Origin: an uncultured Chroococcidiopsis sp.
GTDB lineage: Bacteria > Cyanobacteriota > Cyanobacteriia > Cyanobacteriales > Chroococcidiopsidaceae
Direction: 5' to 3'
DNA: 64,000 nucleotides
Assembly: GCA_964248365.1 (NCBI GenBank)
Contig: CAXTYC010000015.1
Span: forward strand, 32,001 to 96,000
The notes below the pieces were generated by a model. It searched no databases and had not been told where the DNA came from. It was given only the letters and a program-made list of their open reading frames with translations. The translations under genes and the position numbers were made by a program. This document shows, piece by piece, positions 31,152-41,244 of the stretch; position 1 is the stretch's first letter, and each line of letters starts with the position of its first letter.

Positions 31152-32756
31152 TCACTCTTTTACTTGAAACTTTATACTTGCCCAACTTTGAGGTTTTTCA
31201 GGTTCGACATTATTTTCAGTAACAACATCCCCCAAAGTTAGCTGCTTTACTTTTTCAATATCACCTTGGGTAACTGCTGCTTTCAAATCGCGTTTAAAAT
31301 GAGCATTCTTAATTGCTTCTGCTTGAGAACGGGAACTGGTGGCAAAACATTTCTCTAAAGTGTCGTATATTCCCACGCGACGAGCCATCTTGCGATACTG
31401 ACGTTCTGTGTCCAATAGCTTTGCCATGAGTTCTAAATGCATAGCATCACCCTCACAGATTTCTTCTAGCACAGCCCATTCATCGCTACCTAATAGACTA
31501 TAGCCAGCATCAGGACGCGGATCTATAAAAGGTACGCCCGTGACTTCTTGATAGATTCGAGGTAAACTATCATCAAATTCGTGTTTTTCTTCTAACCAAA
31601 TACGCCGTATTTCGCTCATTTCTTCTAGGGTAATTAGGGTGATGTCGCACATATTTTCTGGTGCTGTGCGACGGATTTTTGTCTGTGCTTCTAAGACTCG
31701 TCTTAACCAATGTTCTCGCCAATATTTGGTATATGGACCAGGAATGGGTTCAACAGAAATGTCGCCATCTAAATTGCGTTCAAATAGTTGGACTTCACCC
31801 CAGATTCTTCGGAAGTCTCTCTTGTCGCGATCGTTTTCAATATCTAATTCATTGCGAATATCGAGTAGAGGTTGCATCCATTCTTTATCCTCGTCATTCT
31901 GGATCATTGCCTCCATTGATTTATCCTTACTCACCATTGTGCAAACCCAGCAGCCAAAGCGAGAATCACCACAACTGGGAGTAGAAGTATCGACAACTAA
32001 GGGACATTCGTTATCTGCTGTTGCACCTCGGTACATAGTGAATAAGTCTTTGTTGCTGTGTCCCCAAGGGTTTTGCCACTGCATGAGGTAAAGCCAAACT
32101 TCATCTGTTAGCCAGTCTTCTATGGGAAGGTAAATCAGTGAGTTAGGTCGGTTGGGATTAGTATTGATGCGATCGCGTACTCGCCACTCCCGATGCTTAG
32201 CCATATTAGCAGCGCGATTGGCACTTTCAGCTTTGCGTGTACCTAGCACAAGAATTACTTCACCACTAGAGCGAATTACTGCACGGATGAAGCTGTCAGA
32301 AGGTTGAATCTTCAATCGTTCAGTACACCATCTAAATCTGTTACGAGGTGCTGGGTAGCCTTTGCCAATTAAGCTTACCCAAAAGGTGTCTTTAATTGCG
32401 GGATAAAGCAAATGGGGTTCAACTGGCATCCCTTGCTCTTGCGCCGCTAGTTTCATCTGTTTGAGTGAATTGCTTACCCAAGCCGAGACGATTGGATTTT
32501 CTACCAGCGTATCTGTTGTAATGACATGAATAGTCTTGGTTCGCTTGGAAGGTGGGAGTGAAGCGATCGCGTTCCAGACTAGCTGTAGAGTAGCACTAGA
32601 ATCTTTTCCACCGCTATAACCTAAACACCAGGGTATTTCGTCTAAGCAGTATAACTCTTGAATTTCCTGTGTGAGAGATTGGATATTTTCCACCAAATCT
32701 GCTACAGTACGCGCTTGCTGCTGATTTTGATTTTCTGGCTGTTGTGCTGTAGGCAT
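31152..32756 (-). CDS. dndC: DNA phosphorothioation sulfurtransferase DndC
   Basis: YSGGKDS, DTLVENP, RWCTERLKI, SRFGCWVCT. Confidence 0.95.
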   Translation of the reverse strand: MPTAQQPENQNQQQARTVADLVENIQSLTQEIQELYCLDEIPWCLGYSGGKDSSATLQLVWNAIASLPPSKRTKTIHVITTDTLVENPIVSAWVSNSLKQMKLAAQEQGMPVEPHLLYPAIKDTFWVSLIGKGYPAPRNRFRWCTERLKIQPSDSFIRAVIRSSGEVILVLGTRKAESANRAANMAKHREWRVRDRINTNPNRPNSLIYLPIEDWLTDEVWLYLMQWQNPWGHSNKDLFTMYRGATADNECPLVVDTSTPSCGDSRFGCWVCTMVSKDKSMEAMIQNDEDKEWMQPLLDIRNELDIENDRDKRDFRRIWGEVQLFERNLDGDISVEPIPGPYTKYWREHWLRRVLEAQTKIRRTAPENMCDITLITLEEMSEIRRIWLEEKHEFDDSLPRIYQEVTGVPFIDPRPDAGYSLLGSDEWAVLEEICEGDAMHLELMAKLLDTERQYRKMARRVGIYDTLEKCFATSSRSQAEAIKNAHFKRDLKAAVTQGDIEKVKQLTLGDVVTENNVEPEKPQSWASIKFQVKE

Positions 32757-33072
32757 TTCTCTCTACCTTTGGAAATACAGGCGATCGTTGCTTGATATTT
32801 TGCAATAGCCTTGGCGATATTCGTAATCGCGTCTATACAAACTCTTTCCGCCTGCGCGGACTTCATAGAACTCGCCAATGCGGGTTTTATCTGTGTAGCC
32901 GCAATTACTAATCATCGGGTTTTGAGGCAAGACCTAATTTACCCTTTCTAGATTTACTGCAAAGGCAACCCTAGTATTGTAAACTTTAAAGGTTTTTTAA
33001 AAACCTGAGTCATACAACTAAATTTTTCAGAGAATTAAGCTGTCTTACACCATTTAGTTTTTAAAACTCAAA

Positions 33073-34671
33073 ATGAATCACAGTGCAGCCGATCCAATCG
33101 CTGATATCGCTAGTGAGTACCTGGAACGGGAATTGAGAGATCAAAAGCTACTCACTTTACTGCTGGATAAGTACCTGCAAAAAAAGGATCGAATTCTGGT
33201 TCAGAAAACAGAGATGGGTGGAACCCAGGCTTATGTAGGGTCAGTTAGTTTGGAATGGTTTGCAGGAAGAGTTCACTTTGCGTCTTGTTTACCTCTGCTT
33301 CAGCAAAAATATAATCCAATGACGGATAATATTGAAATTGACGCGGATAGTATTGATGAAATTCAGCAGCGTCCTCTTGATTGGTCGCGTCAAGTACCTT
33401 TAGCTCATTATCTGGTAGCGAGGACAAACCACAAGTTTCCGCCAGTGCTAGTAGTGATTAATCAACCTTGGGTGGATAATCCCAAAGCTACCCAGTGGGA
33501 TAGTGAAGGACGCGCGATTAAATCTACTACTGATTTCTCCCCACTGGATCAAGACGGTAAGGTCGGTCTACTCAATATTTCTGAGGAGGATGTCACCATT
33601 TATGCACTGGATGGTCAACACCGACTGATGGGGGTGCAGGGGTTAATGGAGTTGCTCAAAACTCGCAAACTTCAGCGATATAAGAAAGATAAATCACCTG
33701 ATGATTCTTTCATTACAGTGAGTGATTTGATCGAGCAGTACCAAGTAGATCTAGCTTACCTACAAAGTTTACCGAAAGAAAAAATTGGAATTGAGTTTAT
33801 TGCAGCTGTTGCTGCTGGTGAAACCCGCATCGAGGCAAGGCGACGTGTGAGATCGATCTTTGTTCATGTCAATTTGATGGCTGCACCCTTAACTAAAGGT
33901 CAGTTGGCACAGTTGGATGAGGATGATGGTTTTTCGATTGTGGCGAGAAAAATTGCTGTGTCTCATCCGCTTTTGGAACAGCGAGGCGATCGCAAACCTC
34001 GCGTCAATTGGAATAGTGCGACAGTTGCGGCAAAATCAACGGTTTTGACTACGCTGCAAGCTCTTAAAGATATGTCTGAGCGATATTTGCAGCATAAATT
34101 TCCTCATTGGAAACCCTTGGACAAAGGTATAGTCCCCATGCGACCAGAGGATGAGGAACTGGAGGAGGGGATTTCGGAATTTCTGAAACTCTTTGATTAT
34201 TTAGCAGATTTGCCTAGTTATAAGATTCTTGAAGACGAGGATACGCCGCCATTGCGACGGTTCAGCTTTGAGAAGGATGGAGGCGAAGGAAATATGCTTT
34301 TCCGTCCTGTTGGTCAAGTAGCACTAGCTCAAGCTTTGGGAATTCTGGTTTATAAAAAAGGATTTTCGCTGGCAGACATTTTTAAGAAGCTGCGGAAGTT
34401 TGACTTAGAGGGCGGATTTAGTAGTATGGAGTACCCGCAATCTCTTTGGTATGGTGTGTTGTATGACCCGAATAAAAAGCGAGTGCAGGTTGCCCGACGG
34501 GATTTAGCAACGAAGTTACTAATTTACATCCTGGGTGGAATTGAAGATCGGATGGAACGGGCAGAACTTCGCAAGGCTTTAGCTGATGCTAGAACAATTG
34601 AAGAACAATCGATTAGCTTTGATGGTAAGTTTGTTGAACCCAAGCAAGTGGGACTTCCACCAGTGCTGTAA
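33073..34671 (+). CDS. DGQHR-domain protein (DndB-like, long form)
   Basis: QRPLDWSR, ALDGQHRL; divergent from dndC. Confidence 0.88.
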   Translation: MNHSAADPIADIASEYLERELRDQKLLTLLLDKYLQKKDRILVQKTEMGGTQAYVGSVSLEWFAGRVHFASCLPLLQQKYNPMTDNIEIDADSIDEIQQRPLDWSRQVPLAHYLVARTNHKFPPVLVVINQPWVDNPKATQWDSEGRAIKSTTDFSPLDQDGKVGLLNISEEDVTIYALDGQHRLMGVQGLMELLKTRKLQRYKKDKSPDDSFITVSDLIEQYQVDLAYLQSLPKEKIGIEFIAAVAAGETRIEARRRVRSIFVHVNLMAAPLTKGQLAQLDEDDGFSIVARKIAVSHPLLEQRGDRKPRVNWNSATVAAKSTVLTTLQALKDMSERYLQHKFPHWKPLDKGIVPMRPEDEELEEGISEFLKLFDYLADLPSYKILEDEDTPPLRRFSFEKDGGEGNMLFRPVGQVALAQALGILVYKKGFSLADIFKKLRKFDLEGGFSSMEYPQSLWYGVLYDPNKKRVQVARRDLATKLLIYILGGIEDRMERAELRKALADARTIEEQSISFDGKFVEPKQVGLPPVL

Positions 34672-34779
34672 TTGGCAGAGTTAGCGAAGCATTTTGCAGT
34701 GTGGTTTTCACCGATGCCACAGGATAACGGCATTGCATATTATGTTGGCTAACCTTTACCAATTTGTATAGATATTTTT

Positions 34780-35973
34780 ATGGTTAAAACGAACGAGGAT
34801 AGTACCAATAACCCCCAGTTAGAAATGAATCAAAGGCTTGATTCCATAATTGAGCCTTACTTCTCAAAGCATCATCGAGAACGGTGCTATCCTGGACTTA
34901 TTTTTCAGCAGGGTAAACGAAAAATGGTGCAAATTAATGTCCCTGCTGGAGACTTACCTGTTCTTCTCCAAGCTAAACCATCCACTGACAATAATCCTGA
35001 TTCTGGAAAAAATCGTCCAGAGGTCAAAGGTCATGCTGATGAAATCAAAAAATATGTTGTTAATCGTGTCCGAAATGGAAAACCTTGGATTTTAGGAACA
35101 CTGACTGCAAATGTATCTCCAGAAAAAATAACAATTATTGAATTAGGTAGAGGTATTTGCTTAATTGTTATTCCTCGTGGAGTTAAGTTAGATATTACTG
35201 ATGGTCAGCATCGTAAAACTGCAATTCATGAATTGATTGAAGGTTCACAAAGCGAGTTAATTGGTGATGACGATTTTCCCATTACTCTGGTTTTAGAGGG
35301 TGACTTCCATCAGTGCCAAACTGACTTTAAAGATATGGCTCAAACTAGGCAACTAGATAAATCTTTGCTGCTGTCATTTGGTGAATTTTACGGTCGAGTT
35401 GGCATTACAAAAAAGTTAATAGAACAAGTGCCAATGTTTCAGGGTAAGACAGAGAAGATTAAATCAACTCCTGCCACTAAACAAAAGTTAATCTACACAA
35501 TTAATTACATAGCAAGATTTGTAAGTTGTGTTTTTGCTGATGACCCAATTAATGAACTTCAAAATTTTGAAGTCAACGAAACATCTGAAGCTTTAGTTAA
35601 CTGCCTCAATCAGTTTTTCTCAGAATGTCAAAATACACGAGATATTTTTGAGAAAAATGTTGAAGAATTAACTATTGATGAAGTAAGTGCATTTAAGGAA
35701 GAATGCTTACTAGGTATAAGCGTTGGACTGGAAGTTTTGGGAAGATTGCTGTACTGTACTTATGCCCCAGATAGCAATCATTTTAATGAAGGAAAAGTTT
35801 TACAACTAGCGCAGCAGATTGATTGGTCACGAGAAGCCGACCTTTGGAGAGACAACATTGTTAGGCTAGATCCAAAACCTAAAAATCCAGATAAGCCTTA
35901 TAAAATAGCTTTTGGCGCAAATGGTATAGCAACAGCAGCCAAAATTGTAAAAATGAAGCTGGGATGGATATAA
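34780..35973 (+). CDS. dndB: DNA sulfur modification regulator DndB-family (DGQHR) protein
   Basis: KNRP, ITDGQHRK, QCQTDF..M. Confidence 0.78.
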   Translation: MVKTNEDSTNNPQLEMNQRLDSIIEPYFSKHHRERCYPGLIFQQGKRKMVQINVPAGDLPVLLQAKPSTDNNPDSGKNRPEVKGHADEIKKYVVNRVRNGKPWILGTLTANVSPEKITIIELGRGICLIVIPRGVKLDITDGQHRKTAIHELIEGSQSELIGDDDFPITLVLEGDFHQCQTDFKDMAQTRQLDKSLLLSFGEFYGRVGITKKLIEQVPMFQGKTEKIKSTPATKQKLIYTINYIARFVSCVFADDPINELQNFEVNETSEALVNCLNQFFSECQNTRDIFEKNVEELTIDEVSAFKEECLLGISVGLEVLGRLLYCTYAPDSNHFNEGKVLQLAQQIDWSREADLWRDNIVRLDPKPKNPDKPYKIAFGANGIATAAKIVKMKLGWI

Positions 35974-36003
35974 GCTATCAATTGTTATGTAATAAAATTT
36001 GAT

Positions 36004-36477
36004 TCAAGATAGGAATTTGCTTAGGTCAAATTCCTCCTCGTGTTCTTCTTGCTGTACTCGTTCAGAACTAAGAATTAATAGAAGACGTTCTGAATAGTCT
36101 ACCGCACCCCGAAATTCTACTTGTAATATTTCAAGTCCACCATTTGCATATTCTTCAAAAATATAATTACGTTTTTCATAACTCTTTTCTTCTAGCAAAG
36201 ATAGAATTTTTATATCTTTAGTTTCATTAATCGCTAGTAAATTTATTACGGTATCATATCCCCTAACAATAAATTGTTCTTGGGGAATTGGAGAAGGTTC
36301 TCTTTTGGAGATTTCCCCTAAAGGTACTCTCTTATTATGCTTTGCACCCAAAGCAGCAGCAAACACAATTACATCAGCATAAGTTTGAAAAGGACCTGTT
36401 GCACCATCTGCTGATGTTAAAGCCTTGACTAATTCAGCCTTATCTTTAGCTACTCTAATTCTGCCTGTTTCTACCAT
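36004..36477 (-). CDS. DNA phosphorothioation-associated protein 4 (dnd_assoc_4; PbeD-like)
   Basis: RIRVAKDKAELVKAL..GPFQTYADVIVFAAALG..FEEYANGGLEIL. Confidence 0.85.
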   Translation of the reverse strand: MVETGRIRVAKDKAELVKALTSADGATGPFQTYADVIVFAAALGAKHNKRVPLGEISKREPSPIPQEQFIVRGYDTVINLLAINETKDIKILSLLEEKSYEKRNYIFEEYANGGLEILQVEFRGAVDYSERLLLILSSERVQQEEHEEEFDLSKFLS

Positions 36478-36580
36478 AATTTCGAGATCTAGTTCCTAGC
36501 AATCTTAACTGAAAGAATAAAACGATCGCACTAGGTTCCCTTCTGTGTGTGGTTCGTTCAAAAACGCGATCGCACCGTAC

Positions 36581-37132
36581 CTAAACAAAAAGATCGTCCA
36601 CCCCCATCACCCATCCTGGTACAGCAGGTTCAGCGTCAGCCACCTCACCACGACGATATACTTGCGGCTTTTGGGGGTTGCTAGAACGATATACCCTGAC
36701 AACTTCTTCTTTAAGTACATCTACATCCCATACAACCAAAGTACCAGCAGCAAAGTAATCTAGACGTTTTGCTGCTATAGCCTTTTCTGCTGCATCGCCG
36801 TAGTCATTCTCACTTTTTACCTCGGCTGCAAACACAGGTGCGCCTTCTAAAAACTTCCCCCCCGTAGGTTTACCCATGTAGAATGCTGCATCAGGACTAA
36901 AAGAACGACGATTTGGTAGATTAACGATAAAACCAACATTATCAGGCAAAGCATAACCCTTATTGGTGCGGCGTTCATACTCGCGCAGACTCACATATAT
37001 TTCACCGCCAGCACGTCCTGGTAAAAAACCTGTAGCCGCCATAATTATTAATTGTCCATTCACAATTTCCGCTTTACCGTCTTCGGGTACGCGATATAAA
37101 TCTTCAATAGTTGCTTCAGTTCTTGTACTCAT
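36581..37132 (-). CDS. Uma2-family (DUF820) PD-(D/E)XK endonuclease
   Basis: KAEIVNG, SPDAAF, AAEVKSEND, YFAAGTLVVWDVD. Confidence 0.88.
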   Translation of the reverse strand: MSTRTEATIEDLYRVPEDGKAEIVNGQLIIMAATGFLPGRAGGEIYVSLREYERRTNKGYALPDNVGFIVNLPNRRSFSPDAAFYMGKPTGGKFLEGAPVFAAEVKSENDYGDAAEKAIAAKRLDYFAAGTLVVWDVDVLKEEVVRVYRSSNPQKPQVYRRGEVADAEPAVPGWVMGVDDLFV

Positions 37133-37252
37133 AAACACCTGACAATAAATCGGAATTACTTACCTTCAAACTTATGCGATCGCCCCTCTCTTCTCTTCCC
37201 TCTGCGTCCTTTGCGTCTTTGCGGTTCGTTTCTCTTCAAACCGCACTCGCAC

Positions 37253-37822
37253 TCAGCTTGAAAACTGCACATCTTCATACAACAGCGACATAGGAAAGCG
37301 AAAATCAACGCTAGTTAAATGCACTTCATCCCCCTCTTCATAGGGATGAAGTTCCCACAAACCTCTGTCATTTAGCCGGAAACACTCTACACTAACTTTT
37401 TCCGCATCAATTAAAACGTATTCTCTTAAAGTCTGTATTCGACGGTAGTGAGTAAATTTACCGCCTCGGTCATAACCTTCTGTACTAGGGGATAGCACTT
37501 CGACAATTAAACAAGGATACTCAATGAATTTAATCGCTTGTCTATCTCTTTCATCGCAACTCACCATCACATCTGGATAGTGAAATAGTCCATCCTGGGA
37601 TACACATACTTTCGCATCTGCCATATAGGTACGACAACCACCCCCTCGCAGGTGGCTTTTTAATGCCGAAGCTAGATTAAGGGCAATGGTAGTATGGGGA
37701 ATAGTACCCCCAGTCATCGCAAAAACTTTGCCGTTGACGTACTCGTATTTAAACTCTTGGCGTTCTTCCCATTCCAGGTATTCCTGGGGAGTCATATAAT
37801 TTCGGTCTGGACTGGCAATCAT
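37253..37822 (-). CDS. Uma2-family endonuclease
   Basis: [34 protein letters not shown]. Confidence 0.9.
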   Translation of the reverse strand: MIASPDRNYMTPQEYLEWEERQEFKYEYVNGKVFAMTGGTIPHTTIALNLASALKSHLRGGGCRTYMADAKVCVSQDGLFHYPDVMVSCDERDRQAIKFIEYPCLIVEVLSPSTEGYDRGGKFTHYRRIQTLREYVLIDAEKVSVECFRLNDRGLWELHPYEEGDEVHLTSVDFRFPMSLLYEDVQFSS

Positions 37823-37840
37823 AATTTAATACCTTGTGGT

Positions 37841-37918
37841 CTATAAGAACAATATTTCTAGCAACTCGTCACGGCTTAGACTAGCATGAGTGGCTACGTC
37901 GTTTAGAATAACGATTGC
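37841..37918 (-). pseudogene. C-terminal remnant of a HicA-like toxin
   Basis: Frame without a start codon reads AIVILNDVATHASLSRDELLEILFL*, resembling HicA C-termini. Confidence 0.55.
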
Positions 37919-38090
37919 GGATCACTTTAGGACGAATCTGTTCATCAGGGAAATGACAACGTACCGCGTCGCGCAGCATATCTTTAAGAGTGTCGAGGTC
38001 CGAAGCTTGGGTGAAAATTGACTCTCCGAGTGCGCGTGCAATATAGCCACCATCAACATCATCCTCAATCAAAAACACAATTTCACTCAT
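37881..38090 (-). CDS. Small HicB-like protein with an aberrant C-terminus
   Basis: MSEIVFLIEDDVDGGYIARALGESIFTQA..LKDMLRDAVRCHF..RPKVIR, then a divergent tail. Confidence 0.7.
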   Translation of the reverse strand: MSEIVFLIEDDVDGGYIARALGESIFTQASDLDTLKDMLRDAVRCHFPDEQIRPKVIRNRYSKRRSHSC

Positions 38091-38129
38091 TATTTGTTTC
38101 CTTTTTTCTACCTAAGATCGCATTCACCC

Positions 38130-38777
38130 TTAACCGAATGTTTGTAACAACCAGCGATTAATCTCCCCATCGTCTTGTGTTTCACTGCGTTGTAAAGCGG
38201 ATTCTACCAGTGCGATCGCTAATCCTGGTAATACCAATGATTCTTGAATTTCACCACTACGTCCTTCGGAAATTTCAAAGGCAATAACGTCACCAGCTTT
38301 AACATCAACTACCCAATATTCCTGCACTTCTGACTGTTCATAAAATAAACGCTTCATTCCCAAATCATCGTTTACAGATGTTGCGCCAATTTCGACTACC
38401 AACTTTGGCGATTGAAACTCATTCAAATTAATTGGTGTATTTGTTCTTGGTGGCAATTGAAATTCTGAACCGATATAATAAGCTAAATCAGGTTGAAATT
38501 CACCAGCACCAGGTTTACGAAAACTAGCATTAATTAATTCAACAAGTCTGATATTCCTGAGAGTGGCAAATAGTTTAACCACACTAGAAATAATTGAATT
38601 TTCCCTTGCATGAAGTGGACCAACTGCTGACATTTCAATCCTCATGTAGCCGCGATAGTAATAAAACTTACCTTTTTCGTAATCTGGGTTGTCTGCCAAT
38701 GCTAGAAATTCTGACCAGCTTGCTTTCACCCAGGTATCAATTTCTAATGTCTGTGTAGTCAGAGATGAATTAACCAT
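38130..38777 (-). CDS. Uma2-family endonuclease
   Basis: YMRIEMS..GPLH, QPDLAYY, VVEIG, DLGMKR, EYWVVD; start overlaps the upstream ATPase stop. Confidence 0.88.
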   Translation of the reverse strand: MVNSSLTTQTLEIDTWVKASWSEFLALADNPDYEKGKFYYYRGYMRIEMSAVGPLHARENSIISSVVKLFATLRNIRLVELINASFRKPGAGEFQPDLAYYIGSEFQLPPRTNTPINLNEFQSPKLVVEIGATSVNDDLGMKRLFYEQSEVQEYWVVDVKAGDVIAFEISEGRSGEIQESLVLPGLAIALVESALQRSETQDDGEINRWLLQTFG

Positions 38778-40839
38778 GACGTTCCACCTCGATAATTTCC
38801 GTATATTCAAACTCGTTCGGACTTTGCCTAACTAAAGGATAGCGTCTACCACCTATATCAATAGAATCTTCTTGACAATCTGGTTTAGAAGAATAGTAAG
38901 TAAGCACATATTCCCTACCAATTCTGTTTGCCATTTCTGCTTCTACTTCACCCCGCCACTGTGTCTTAGTGACTAAAACTACCAATTGATTCGCTAATTT
39001 TGGAATTATATTTGCAATTTGCCGTCGATTAATTTGATCTAAACTACCAAAGGGTGAATCCATTACAATGGGGAATGTGCTACTATCTGGAACCATCAAC
39101 ATCTTCTTTTCACTCCATTCCCGCACTCTGTCAATGATGCTACCGATAAAAGACAAACTTAGGATTTGATTTTCTCCAGTAGAAGCTGCAACAGGCATTT
39201 CTAAACCCGCTGTATTTTCTACCAATGATAGTTCATATTTATCGGTGATTTTTGGTAGATATGGAGTAAATGAAATCTCCCTAAATATTTCTTGTACTCG
39301 CTTTTCTAACTGCAAGCGAAATTGTTTTTCTTGCCGATACCTTACTTCAGTTAAACGCTCAATAGCATCTCCAGTTGCTGCAATACGCCTTTGAGCAAGG
39401 GTTTGCTTCTCTTCATTCAGCTTTTGCTTGACAATTTGTTTATTCAAGCCTTCAATTTCAGCTTGTAAATTAGTAATCTGCTGCTGATTTGCTCCTTTGT
39501 CTATGTTTAAGTCGCGGATTTTTTCTTCAATTCCATCTAGCCGCTTTTGCAGGTTTCTAATTTCTTCACTGGGATCTTTTCGCAACCGTTCTTGAATGTT
39601 ATCTAACTCGGATTCAATTTCAGAAATAGTTTGTCTTAATTGAGCAATTCTGGCTTGCTCTCTATCAACTTCTGACCAAAATACTGGTGCTTGTTTATCA
39701 ATTTCATCTACCTGTGCGCTCATGCGAATAGCTGTTTCTTCTACGGCTGAAGAACCTGCTCTATCCAGCCAGTTTCTCACGCGATCGCAAGATGAGCTAC
39801 CCTCATGTAAATCAGCACCACAAATACAGCGTTGTTGTGTTAATAACTCACTCACAAATTCTCGTGATATTCCAGCAGTTAACTCGCCTCGCTGCTTCAA
39901 ATCATTGACTATTGCTCGAAACTGTGCTGTTGTCTCTGACAATAATACTGTGTAACCTCTAGTTGAAATTGCTCGTTTTAAAGCTTCCTTACTTTGTTTT
40001 AAGTTGTCTTGATTTGACTTTTTTAGCTTTTCTAACTCCTGTCGTCTTGACTGCAATTCCTTCGCAGCACTCAGTTCTCGTAAACGATTACTCGTTTCTT
40101 TTTTGATTGTCTCTTGATATTCCAACTCTTGACTAATTTCACTTTGTCGGCTATTTATTCGTTCAATTTCTTTTGCGACTTTATCTTGCTGTTTGAGTAG
40201 CTGCTTAGTTTCAGAATCGCCAATTACTTTTAACTCGTTGTCTAAATTTCTCTTCGCTTCTCCCAAATGCTTAATAGCACGATTTAACACCTCCACACCT
40301 AATAGCATTTTCGTAGCTTCAGCAATTTCAGCTTTTTTATCAGAACGAACGATTTGCTCAATTCGTTCTCCATCAAAGAAGAAATATTGATGTAAACTAC
40401 TTGGTAAAATTTGATTAATTATTTCGTCTGGGTGTTGTGGTGGTAAATACCAGCATCCATCATCCCCAGCTATCTGCATAAATAAGTCACTTCTACCCGC
40501 CTCAAAGTCACTTTCATTCTTATACACACGACACATCCGCCTCGCACGGTAGCTTTTAGCGTCATGTTCCCAGCCAATCTCTACCCAACATTCTACAGCT
40601 TCTCCCGATTTTGCTTCGGCGATCGCGCGTTTATTTACTAGTTGTTCAACCGAAGCAAAAGCTGCACTAAATTTCTCGTACAATACCCATGTAAAAGCAT
40701 TCAACAAGCTCGTTTTTCCAGATCCATTGTTACCGTGAATTACGGTTGTGTTGCTATTGCTTCCCCATGCAAGTATTATCTCTGGTGTCTTGCCATAAAA
40801 TGAGCGAAAGTTGCAAAGTTTGAGCGAAGTTAGCTTCAT
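38770..40839 (-). CDS. SMC/Rad50-like ATPase (DndD paralog, PbeC-like)
   Basis: GNNGSGKT, FFFDGE, central CICG hook, ASTGENQ, VMDSPFGSLD. Confidence 0.88.
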   Translation of the reverse strand: MKLTSLKLCNFRSFYGKTPEIILAWGSNSNTTVIHGNNGSGKTSLLNAFTWVLYEKFSAAFASVEQLVNKRAIAEAKSGEAVECWVEIGWEHDAKSYRARRMCRVYKNESDFEAGRSDLFMQIAGDDGCWYLPPQHPDEIINQILPSSLHQYFFFDGERIEQIVRSDKKAEIAEATKMLLGVEVLNRAIKHLGEAKRNLDNELKVIGDSETKQLLKQQDKVAKEIERINSRQSEISQELEYQETIKKETSNRLRELSAAKELQSRRQELEKLKKSNQDNLKQSKEALKRAISTRGYTVLLSETTAQFRAIVNDLKQRGELTAGISREFVSELLTQQRCICGADLHEGSSSCDRVRNWLDRAGSSAVEETAIRMSAQVDEIDKQAPVFWSEVDREQARIAQLRQTISEIESELDNIQERLRKDPSEEIRNLQKRLDGIEEKIRDLNIDKGANQQQITNLQAEIEGLNKQIVKQKLNEEKQTLAQRRIAATGDAIERLTEVRYRQEKQFRLQLEKRVQEIFREISFTPYLPKITDKYELSLVENTAGLEMPVAASTGENQILSLSFIGSIIDRVREWSEKKMLMVPDSSTFPIVMDSPFGSLDQINRRQIANIIPKLANQLVVLVTKTQWRGEVEAEMANRIGREYVLTYYSSKPDCQEDSIDIGGRRYPLVRQSPNEFEYTEIIEVERHG

Positions 40840-41009
40840 TGCACAGCTTCCTTGACTATGTTTAAAATATCATCGTTGATATGTCCTTGGCTTTTCTTAT
40901 CTAGTCTGCTTTTTTCTATTTGACATACTCGCTCAATAATTTGCTTTACTTCCGGCGGTGCGCTGTTAATTGGCTCCTGCACGTCATGCATGATCGATTC
41001 ATTTGTCAT
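40836..41009 (-). CDS. 57-aa small protein translationally coupled to the ATPase (PbeB-like position)
   Basis: Below the track cutoff: MTNESIMHDVQEPINSAPPEVKQIIERVCQIEKSRLDKKSQGHINDDILNIVKEAVQ*; ATGA overlap with the ATPase start. Confidence 0.78.
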   Translation of the reverse strand: MTNESIMHDVQEPINSAPPEVKQIIERVCQIEKSRLDKKSQGHINDDILNIVKEAVQ

Positions 41010-41077
41010 AGCAGTAAAATTAATTGCTATGCATTATTTTATACATTTAAATTACCGCATGACTAGGGTGCGTCTGT

Positions 41078-41241
41078 TGTGTTGCACAGGTTTATGATGA
41101 TTGTGTCACGCCTCGACGCAAAGGCGCAAAGCGGAGCCTCTTCGTAGAGTAGGCGCTAAGATACTAAGGGAAACGGGCATAGTTTCTAGTATCTTTGAGT
41201 GAGAATAAGCTCAAAGTTATCTCGCTTATTGTGCAATGTCT
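41078..41241. mobile_element. Degenerate MITE copy, homologous to 43307-43432
   Basis: GTTGCACAG.TTTA.GATGAT.GTGTCACGC ... TTATTGTGCAA shared with the second copy; extra GCGGAGCCTCTTCGTAGAG insert. Confidence 0.65.
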
Positions 41242-41244
41242 ATT

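Noticed and set aside
32895..32908. GTA-N8-TAC (NtcA-like) between dndC and the DGQHR gene
   Set aside because: Lies within what looks like a dispersed repeat (TCCGCCTGCGCGGAC...TGTGTAGCCGC), so the match is probably incidental
38770..40839. Calling this ATPase SbcC or Wadjet JetC
   Set aside because: No SbcD or jetABD neighbours; FFFDGE and DSPFGSLD motifs and context point to a DndD paralog/PbeC-like protein
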